Shown here piece after piece: positions 56,834 to 64,000 of a stretch of 64,000 nucleotides of DNA; position 1 is the stretch's first letter, and every line of letters starts with the position of its first letter. Both the position numbers and the translations under genes were made by a program. The stretch is from NCBI GenBank assembly GCA_963836285.1, contig CAWIIN010000003.1, positions 14,708-78,707 of the forward strand. The letters are read 5' to 3'. The DNA comes from an uncultured Acidobacteriota bacterium (GTDB lineage Bacteria; Acidobacteriota; Thermoanaerobaculia; UBA5066). Under the pieces are notes generated by a model that was not told the DNA's origin, ran no database searches, and was given only the letters and a program-made list of their open reading frames with translations.

Positions 56834-58924
56834 CTACTCGAACCAGCCGTTCACGTCGACGACGACGTCCACGCTGCCCGCCGCGCTGCTCGTGATCCGG
56901 AACGCGCCCGACCCGTCCGACGCGAGGCCGACGAGCGCGTTGTTCGCCCTCGTCTGGCCGGCGCGGAAGGCGAGCGTCAACGCATTCGGCACACCGGGGA
57001 GGTCCGCGGGATACAGGACGAGCGCCCCGCCCGCGGCGACGTTCGTGACGGTGACGTTCGCGGATACGGATCGGGCGCTCAGGGGCACGCCGCAGACGCC
57101 CGTCGCGACGAAAATCCGCGTCGCGCCCGCTCCGAGGGACGGTCCGCCGCCCGGACCGGCGGCCCGCCGCGTGTCGAGAGCGCGACAGGGCGCAAGCGTG
57201 CGAAATTTCGTCGCGACGGGTCCGGTCACCGTCGCCGTCCCCGCGATCCCGGTGCTCGCGTTCCAGTACGAGCCGCTCGGGTTCGTCTCGAGCTTCACGG
57301 CGCGAACGAGATACGTCGGGGAACCGCCTGGCGCCGCCGTGTCGACGAAAGACGTCCCCGTGACGAGAACCGTCGTGAGGCGCGTGAACGGGCCCGCCGC
57401 CGAGGGCGCCCGGTAGACGTGGTAGCCCGCGACCGCGTCCGGCGAGGCGGTCCACGTGATCGTCGCCGCTCCGGCGCCGCCGGCCGCTGCCACGTTCGAG
57501 ACCGGGGCGACGACGTGCATCCGGAGCGTCGGATCGCCCATGAGGGCGACGTGGACCGACGGACCGTAGCCGTAGAAGTACGTCGACGAGTTGTTCTGGG
57601 AGACGCGCGCCGCGTACCCAATCGTCTCCCCCATCGCCATGTGGTGGACGTACCAGGCCGGCCGGCCCGCCCAGGCGCACGTGAGGCCGTAGCTCGTCGT
57701 CGCGAGCGGCGCCCGGAGAAAATTGTTCGAGACGTCCCAGTCCCCGAAGTAACTCCCGAACAGGAACGTGAACGCGGTCTTCGTGTCGGTCGCCGCGAAG
57801 TTCGCCGTCGAGCCGACACCGCCCGCGCCCGTGTAGTTGCCGCCGCCGCAGCCGTAGGCCCAGAGGTAGCCGCTGCCCCCGAGCGTGCCGAACCAGTCGA
57901 GTGCGAAGACGTTCGCGGGGCCGAAGAACGCCGAGAACGCGCGCCAGCCGGTGGAGGCGAACGCCTCGCCGCCGAACGCGCCGAAGTTGTCGTCGATGAG
58001 CCCGCGCGCCGGCAGCGTCCAGGCCTTGAGGCGGAAACCGTGGTCCTTGTTCAGATACTGGCGGAGGAGGTCGACCTCCGTCTTCGGGGCGAACGCGGGC
58101 ATGTTCGCGAGGTCGACGCGCCCGACCGCGAGCTCGACCGTCCCGCCCGGCGCGTAGCTCTGGTCAAACTTGCCGTCGCCGGGGACGTTGCTCCCGCGGC
58201 CCGTGCCCGTCAGCGTCAGCGTGTCGGTCCACGTGCCATCCATCTCGCCGTAGTAGAGATCCGCCGGCCACGCCCCGACGTGGTCGGAGTGCCCGTCCGG
58301 CGCGAGGCTCCCGGAGTACGGCACCGGCACGTGCCCGAAGAGGAAGACGGTCTTCACGCGCGTCGGATCGGCCGAGTAGTCCGCCTTGACGAGGGCTTTC
58401 ACGGACGGGACGGACGACGTCCGGGACACGTCGTGCCGGAGCACCGTCCAGCCGTCGCCGGCGAGATCCGACTGGAGGCGTAGGAGCTCCGTCGCGAGAG
58501 CCGCGGCCATCGTCGCGTCCACGACGAGGACGACCTTCCCGCGGTCCTCCACGAGCGGGACCGCGATACCCGTCGCGAGGTAGCCGTAGCCCGTGACGTT
58601 CGCGGTGCGGCGCACCTGGTACTCGTAGGCCGTCCCGACGGTCACGGCGCCGTCCGCGTAACCCGTCGCCGACCCCGCGAGCGTCGCGACGGCGGTCCCC
58701 CAGGCGGAGGTCCCCCAGGCCTTCCGGTACACGACGAACTGCGTCGCCGCGGCGAAGGGGGGCCAGGAGAGCGTGATCCTTGGAGGCGCGCTCTGAACCG
58801 CCGCCGTCACCTGCACGGCGTAGTCGGCCGTCGCCTGCGCAGCGGCGGGGCGTTCCGCCAGCGCGAAGACGCACCCGAGGAGAGCTCCCGCAAGGAGCGC
58901 ACGAGTCGGGACGGCTTCCCTCAT
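56834..58924 (-). CDS. Secreted multidomain protein: Fn3-like domains around a peptidase C25-like core, plus a C-terminal PCRxxDTR domain
   Basis: Signal peptide; LFGHVPVP, ADLYYGE, AVGRV, LMGDPT resemble C25 scaffolds; GYHVYR Fn3 strand. Confidence 0.65.
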   Translation of the reverse strand: MREAVPTRALLAGALLGCVFALAERPAAAQATADYAVQVTAAVQSAPPRITLSWPPFAAATQFVVYRKAWGTSAWGTAVATLAGSATGYADGAVTVGTAYEYQVRRTANVTGYGYLATGIAVPLVEDRGKVVLVVDATMAAALATELLRLQSDLAGDGWTVLRHDVSRTSSVPSVKALVKADYSADPTRVKTVFLFGHVPVPYSGSLAPDGHSDHVGAWPADLYYGEMDGTWTDTLTLTGTGRGSNVPGDGKFDQSYAPGGTVELAVGRVDLANMPAFAPKTEVDLLRQYLNKDHGFRLKAWTLPARGLIDDNFGAFGGEAFASTGWRAFSAFFGPANVFALDWFGTLGGSGYLWAYGCGGGNYTGAGGVGSTANFAATDTKTAFTFLFGSYFGDWDVSNNFLRAPLATTSYGLTCAWAGRPAWYVHHMAMGETIGYAARVSQNNSSTYFYGYGPSVHVALMGDPTLRMHVVAPVSNVAAAGGAGAATITWTASPDAVAGYHVYRAPSAAGPFTRLTTVLVTGTSFVDTAAPGGSPTYLVRAVKLETNPSGSYWNASTGIAGTATVTGPVATKFRTLAPCRALDTRRAAGPGGGPSLGAGATRIFVATGVCGVPLSARSVSANVTVTNVAAGGALVLYPADLPGVPNALTLAFRAGQTRANNALVGLASDGSGAFRITSSAAGSVDVVVDVNGWFE

Positions 58925-58986
58925 CTGACTGAAGTGAAACGGTCCCACGCGTAACATATCTGCGACGGAGTCTCGCAGGAGAGCGC

Positions 58987-60375
58987 ATGGCGACGCGAAT
59001 CGAAAAGGACACCATGGGCGAGATCGCCGTCCCGGCGGACCGCTACTGGGGCGCCCAGACGCAGCGTTCGCTCGAGAACTTCGAGATCGGCGAGGCCCGC
59101 TTCTCCCGGCCCTTCCTGCGCGCGTTCGGCCTCCTCAAGCGCGCCGCCGCGGAGGCGAACCACGACCTCGGCCTCCTTCCGCCGGAGAAGGCGGCGCTCA
59201 TCACGGCCGCGGCGCAGGAGGTCGCCGACGGGAAGCTCGACGAGAACTTTCCGCTCGTCGTCTTCCAGACGGGGAGCGGGACCCAGACGAACATGAACGC
59301 CAACGAGGTCATCGCGAACCGCGCGATCGAGCTCGCGGGCGGCGTCCTCGGCTCGAAGACGCCGATTCACCCGAACGACGACGTGAACCTCTCGCAGTCG
59401 TCGAACGACACGTTCCCGACGGCGATGTCGATCGCGGCCGTCTGCGAGATCGAGGAGCGCCTCCTCCCCGAGGTCCGGAAGCTGCGCGACGTCCTCGCGG
59501 CGAAGTCGGAGGCGTTCCGGGACGTCGTGAAGATCGGCCGCACCCACCTGCAGGACGCCGTGCCCCTCACCCTCGGGCAGGAGATCTCGGGCTGGGTCTC
59601 GCAGCTCGACCACGGGATCGCGCACGTCGAGCAGGCGCTCCCCCACCTCCTCGAGCTCGCGATCGGCGGGACGGCCGTCGGCACGGGTCTCAACACGCAC
59701 CCCGAGTACGCCGAGCGCGTGGCCCGGCGGCTCGCGGCGCTCACGGGCCACGCGTTCGTACCCGCACCGAACAAGTTCGAGGCGCTCGCCGCGCATGACG
59801 CGCTCGCGTTCGCCTCGGGAGCCCTGAGGACTCTCGCGGGCTCCCTCATGAAGATCGCGAACGACGTGCGCTGGCTCGCGTCGGGCCCGCGCTGCGGGAT
59901 CGGCGAGATCCGGATCCCGGAGAACGAGCCGGGCTCGTCCATCATGCCGGGCAAGGTGAACCCGACGCAGGCCGAGGCCCTCACGATGATCGTCACGCAG
60001 GTCTACGGGAACGACGCGGCCGTCGCCTTCGCGGCGAGCCAGGGGAACTTCGAGCTCCACGTCTTCAAGCCCGTCATGATCCACAACGTTCTCGCCTCCG
60101 TCCGGCTCCTCGCGGACGGGTGCCGGAGCTTCCGGATCCACTGTGCCGAGGGAATCGAGCCTGACCGGACGCGAATCGCAGAGCTCGTCGACAAGTCGTT
60201 GATGCTTGTCACGGCGCTGAACCCGCACATCGGGTACGACAAGGCGGCCGCGATCGCGAAGAAGGCGCACGAGGAGGGGACGACGCTCAAGGAGGCCGCG
60301 CTCGCGCTCGGCTTCCTGACCTCCGAGCAGTTCGACTCATGGATCGACCCGTCGAAGATGGTCCGCCCCGGCTGA
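58987..60375 (+). CDS. fumC: Class II fumarate hydratase
   Basis: [11 protein letters not shown]; GRTHLQDA; [13 protein letters not shown]. Confidence 0.97.
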   Translation: MATRIEKDTMGEIAVPADRYWGAQTQRSLENFEIGEARFSRPFLRAFGLLKRAAAEANHDLGLLPPEKAALITAAAQEVADGKLDENFPLVVFQTGSGTQTNMNANEVIANRAIELAGGVLGSKTPIHPNDDVNLSQSSNDTFPTAMSIAAVCEIEERLLPEVRKLRDVLAAKSEAFRDVVKIGRTHLQDAVPLTLGQEISGWVSQLDHGIAHVEQALPHLLELAIGGTAVGTGLNTHPEYAERVARRLAALTGHAFVPAPNKFEALAAHDALAFASGALRTLAGSLMKIANDVRWLASGPRCGIGEIRIPENEPGSSIMPGKVNPTQAEALTMIVTQVYGNDAAVAFAASQGNFELHVFKPVMIHNVLASVRLLADGCRSFRIHCAEGIEPDRTRIAELVDKSLMLVTALNPHIGYDKAAAIAKKAHEEGTTLKEAALALGFLTSEQFDSWIDPSKMVRPG

Positions 60376-61835
60376 CCCGTACCGCGCGAATCGCGGCCCC
60401 CCTCGCGATCCTGTCCGCGCTCGCCCTCGGCGGCGCGCCTCCCCCCGAGCCGGTCTTCGCCGTCGTCGCCCCGGCCCGGATGGTCACCGGGCGCGTGCGG
60501 CTCGAGGCGGACGCCCGCGACGCCCGCGTCGCGAGCGTGCGCTGGGAGGTCGACGACTGGGCCCGGACGACGCCGCGCCCGTTCGCTCTCGAGTTCGACC
60601 TCGGGCCGCTGCCCCGCGAGACGACCGTGACGGCGGTCGCCCTCGACGCGGCCCGTCAGATCCTCTACCGCCAGCAGGCGATCCTGAACCCGGGCGGCCG
60701 GCGGCTCGTCCTCGAGATCCTCTCCCCTCTCGACGGCCAGCGCGCGAGCGGCCGCACTCCCGTGCTCGTGCGCGCCGTCGCCCCGCCCGGCGACTCCCTC
60801 GCCTCCGTCACGGTCGACGGCCCCGGCGGCGAGGTCGCGCTCGCCGGAGACGAGGTGCGGACGGTCGTTCTCGACCTCCCGGCCTCGACGGCGCCCCTCA
60901 CGGCACGCGTGCGGACCGCAAGCGGACGCGCCGCCGAGCGGACGATCCTCGTCAACGGACGCGGCGTCGTCGCCTCGTCCGACGCGCACGTCGTCGAGCA
61001 GACCGTCGCCGTCACGCGCGGGGGCAAGGCGCTCGAGGGGCTCGGCGCCGCGGACTTCACCGTGAAGGACGACCGCGGGGCGTGCGAAGTGAGGGAAGTG
61101 AAGCTCCTCCGAGACGCGCCGCTCGCAATCGGGCTTTCGATCGACACGTCGCTCTCGCTTCTCTACACGGAGACACTGCGGTCGGCGGCCGCCGAGAGCT
61201 TCGTCGCACGGACGCTGCGCGAGGGCGACATCGCGTTCCTCCAGCGATTCGGCGTCGCCGTCTCGGGGGTCGTTCCGTGGACGGGCGACCGGGCGCTGCT
61301 CGCGAGGCGCGTCCTCGAGCTCGGATACGACGGCGTGCCGGGCACGCTTCTCAACTCGGCGGTCCTGAAGGCGCTCTACGAGTTCCAGGGCAGCCAGGGC
61401 GCGCGCGCGCTCATCCTCGTGACGGACGGCAACGCGTTCGAGGACGACGTCGAGGAGAAGGATGCGATCGCCTACGCGCGCCAGTCCGGCGTCAAGATCT
61501 ACGCCCTCGGCCTGCCGTACGTCGAGGAGATCCGCACGCCCGTCCGCAAGACGGCGCCGGACGGCTCGGAGGTCGTCCACGTGAGGGTCCGGCGCGAGTC
61601 GTATCCGGCGAACCTCGAGGTCCTGAGGCGGCTGACGGGCGCGACGGGCGGGCGCACCTACCCCGTCAAGAAGGAGGCCGACCTCCCGAAGATCTTCGCG
61701 GCGATCGAGCGCGACCTGAGGACGCAGTACCTCGTCTCGTACGTGAGCAATGCACGGAAGAAGGGCGTCTTTCACCCCGTCGAGGTCCGCACCTCGCACG
61801 GGACGGTCTCGACGGCCGCGGGGTTCTTCTACTAG
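60339..61835 (+). CDS. VWA domain protein with N-terminal Ig-like domains (start uncertain)
   Basis: MIDAS DTSLS; LVTDG; TGGR; [10 protein letters not shown]. Confidence 0.8.
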   Translation: MDRPVEDGPPRLTRTARIAAPLAILSALALGGAPPPEPVFAVVAPARMVTGRVRLEADARDARVASVRWEVDDWARTTPRPFALEFDLGPLPRETTVTAVALDAARQILYRQQAILNPGGRRLVLEILSPLDGQRASGRTPVLVRAVAPPGDSLASVTVDGPGGEVALAGDEVRTVVLDLPASTAPLTARVRTASGRAAERTILVNGRGVVASSDAHVVEQTVAVTRGGKALEGLGAADFTVKDDRGACEVREVKLLRDAPLAIGLSIDTSLSLLYTETLRSAAAESFVARTLREGDIAFLQRFGVAVSGVVPWTGDRALLARRVLELGYDGVPGTLLNSAVLKALYEFQGSQGARALILVTDGNAFEDDVEEKDAIAYARQSGVKIYALGLPYVEEIRTPVRKTAPDGSEVVHVRVRRESYPANLEVLRRLTGATGGRTYPVKKEADLPKIFAAIERDLRTQYLVSYVSNARKKGVFHPVEVRTSHGTVSTAAGFFY

Positions 61836-61850
61836 GAGACCGAGATTGAA

Positions 61851-61949
61851 GATTTTCTTCGAAAGTGAAGAGAGACGCGGACGGCAGCTCGGCTGAATGG
61901 TGGGCCCGATCATGCTGCGCCGACCATCCCGCTCATTTGGAAGAAACTC
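61851..61949. repeat. Bipartite inverted motif, pair F (intergenic, weak right arm)
   Basis: GATTTTCTTCGAAAGT (61851-61866), 67 bp spacer, CATTTGGAAGAAACTC (61934-61949). Confidence 0.5.
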
Positions 61950-61980
61950 CCGACTCCCTCCCCCTCTAGAATCGCCCGGC

Positions 61981-63501
61981 ATGTCGAACACTCCCGAGGA
62001 GTCGCGGCCGCCCGTGGGCGCGTACCCGCGCTACGTCCTTCTCGTCCTCGTCCTCGTCTACGTCTTCAACTTCCTCGACCGTCAGATCGTCTCGATCCTC
62101 GCCGAGCGGATCAAGGCCGACCTCGGCGTCTCGGACGCGCAGCTCGGGTTCCTGTACGGCACCGTGTTCGCGGTCTTCTTCGCCGTGTTCGGGATCCCGC
62201 TCGGCCGCCTCGCGGACGCGTGGGACCGGCGCCGCCTCATCGCGTGGGGCACCGCGTTCTGGAGCCTCATGACGGCGCTCTCGGGCCTCGCGAAGAGTTT
62301 TCCGCAGCTCGCGCTCGCGCGGATGGGTGTCGGCGTCGGCGAGGCGAGCGCGGCGCCCGCAGCGTACTCGCTCCTGTCCGACTGGTTCCCGAAGGAGAAG
62401 CGCGCGACGGTCCTCGGCCTCTACTCGAGCGGCATCTACATCGGCGCCGGCCTCGGGCTCGGGATCGGCGGCTTCATCGTCGATCGTTGGGATCTGGCCT
62501 TCCCGACGGGCTCGGCCCCCTTGGGGCTGCGCGGCTGGCAAGCCGCGTTCCTCGCCGTCGGCCTCCCGGGGCTTCTCCTCGCCGCGTGGGTCAGGAGCCT
62601 CGTCGAGCCCGCGCGCGCCGCCTCTCATCCGCCGCTCACCGCCACGCCCATCCGGATGCTCCTCCGCGAGTCCGCGGCCGTGATCCCGCCTTTCACGCTC
62701 TTCGCGCTCGCCGCCGCCGGGGCAGGGACGGCGGGCGTCCTCGCAAACGTCGCCGTATTCGCCGTTCTCGGCGGCCTCGCCGCGCTCCTGACCTCGCTCC
62801 TCGGGAACCCCGCCCAGTGGATCGCGCTCGGCGCCGGCCTCTACGCCGTCTTCTCGTGGGCGCAGGCCCTCCGCCTGAGGAGCCGCGAGGACTTCGACCT
62901 CGTGTTCCGGAACCGCGCGCTCGTCCTCGCGAACCTCGGGTTCGGCCTCGCCGCCTTCGGAACGTACGGGACGAGCTTCTGGATCGCGCCGTACTTCGTC
63001 CGCTTCCACCACCTGAATCTCGCGAAGACCGGTCTCCTCCTCGGAGGGATCTCGGCGGCCGGCGGATGGTTGGGCGCGACGTCGGGCGGCCTTCTCGCGG
63101 ACGCGTGGGGCAGGAAGCGCGCGGACGGCCGCCTCCTCGTGGGCGCCGCGTCGGCGCTCGTCCCGATCCCGCTCGCGCTCGGGATGCTCGCGGCTCCTTC
63201 GCTCGCCCTCGCGGCCGCCCTCGCGCTTCCGATCACGGTTCTGGCCGCGCTCTGGGTCGCGCCCGCAACGACGACCGCGCAGGAGCTCGTCCCGCCGCGC
63301 CTGCGGGGCACGGCGAGCGCCGTCCTTCTCCTGCACACGACGTTCCTGGGCCTCGCGCTGGGTCCGTACACCGTCGGACGCCTGAGCCTCGCCGCAGGGA
63401 GCCTCCGGGCGGCCCTCGCCCTCGCGCTGCCCGTCAACCTCCTCGCGGGCCTCCTGCTCGTCCTCGCCGCGCGGGCACTTACGCGACCCGGGGCATCGTA
63501 A
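61981..63501 (+). CDS. MFS transporter, spinster-like
   Basis: NFLDRQI; [11 protein letters not shown] motif A; RMGVGVGEA. Confidence 0.9.
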   Translation: MSNTPEESRPPVGAYPRYVLLVLVLVYVFNFLDRQIVSILAERIKADLGVSDAQLGFLYGTVFAVFFAVFGIPLGRLADAWDRRRLIAWGTAFWSLMTALSGLAKSFPQLALARMGVGVGEASAAPAAYSLLSDWFPKEKRATVLGLYSSGIYIGAGLGLGIGGFIVDRWDLAFPTGSAPLGLRGWQAAFLAVGLPGLLLAAWVRSLVEPARAASHPPLTATPIRMLLRESAAVIPPFTLFALAAAGAGTAGVLANVAVFAVLGGLAALLTSLLGNPAQWIALGAGLYAVFSWAQALRLRSREDFDLVFRNRALVLANLGFGLAAFGTYGTSFWIAPYFVRFHHLNLAKTGLLLGGISAAGGWLGATSGGLLADAWGRKRADGRLLVGAASALVPIPLALGMLAAPSLALAAALALPITVLAALWVAPATTTAQELVPPRLRGTASAVLLLHTTFLGLALGPYTVGRLSLAAGSLRAALALALPVNLLAGLLLVLAARALTRPGAS

Positions 63502-63512
63502 GATCCGACCCC

Positions 63513-64000
63513 ATGAAACGACTCTCGACGACCCTGACCCTCGCACTGATCCTCGCCACCGCCAGCCTGAAGGGAGACCCCGCCGTGAAGAATCCGACGG
63601 TCGTGATGAAGACGTCGATGGGCTCGATCACGATCGAGCTCGACGCGGTCAAGGCGCCCGAGACCGTGAAGAACTTCCTCGCGTACGTGAACGCGAAGCA
63701 CTACGACGGCACGGTGTTCCACCGGGTCATCGACGGGTTCATGATCCAGGGCGGCGGCTTCGCGGCCGACAAGACGCAGAAGAAGACGAACGCCCCGATC
63801 AAGAACGAGTCCGCGAACGGCCTCCAGAACAAGAACGGCACGATCGCGATGGCGCGCACCGGCGACCCGAACAGCGCGACGGCTCAGTTCTTCATCAACG
63901 TGAAGGACAACGGCTTCCTCGACAGGGCTCAGTCCCAGGACGGCTACGGGTACTGCGTCTTCGGCAAGGTGATCGACGGGATGGACGTCGTGAACAAGAT
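63513..64000 (+). CDS. Cyclophilin-type peptidyl-prolyl isomerase with signal peptide, runs off the window
   Basis: Read by hand from ATG 63513: KAPETVKNF; [14 protein letters not shown]; AMART; QFFIN. Confidence 0.93.
   Translation, partial: MKRLSTTLTLALILATASLKGDPAVKNPTVVMKTSMGSITIELDAVKAPETVKNFLAYVNAKHYDGTVFHRVIDGFMIQGGGFAADKTQKKTNAPIKNESANGLQNKNGTIAMARTGDPNSATAQFFINVKDNGFLDRAQSQDGYGYCVFGKVIDGMDVVNK

Noticed and set aside
1-64000. tRNA, rRNA, CRISPR arrays, prophage, integrase or transposase genes
   Set aside because: None recognised. Intergenic gaps are short and all long genes have other assignments. A small ncRNA could be missed without a covariance search.

Overview
GC-rich bacterial chromosomal window, probably from an Acidobacteriota member of the Thermoanaerobaculia type. 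This is an inference from the Oar-like TonB receptor, the acidobacterial VWA proteins and the sulfatase-TPR fusion. The window holds about 55 genes: housekeeping genes (sucCD, ndk, fumC, an RluA-family synthase, a cyclophilin, peptidases), two convergent VapBC-type toxin-antitoxin pairs followed by two frameshifted genes, a ~20 kb catabolic block with shifted codon style (19.3-39.4 kb), and a 2-oxoacid:ferredoxin oxidoreductase / ADP-forming acyl-CoA ligase operon. I saw no rRNA, tRNA, CRISPR array, integrase or transposase. Four signals are unexplained by the gene calls. (1) An AT-rich bipartite element, GATTT(T)CTTnGAARGT facing its inverse across an unrelated ~60 or ~80 bp spacer, occurs in five clear pairs and one weaker pair, including inside genes where it coincides with rare codons. 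(2) An unnamed 4-Cys small protein is present in two paralogous copies, one coupled to the acyl-CoA ligase. (3) A 2.1 kb two-gene cassette is bounded by a 28 bp direct repeat that contains the stop codons of both flanking genes. (4) A 29 bp operator/promoter motif is shared by the two divergent promoter regions of the catabolic block. All family calls come from motif recognition by eye, not database searches.
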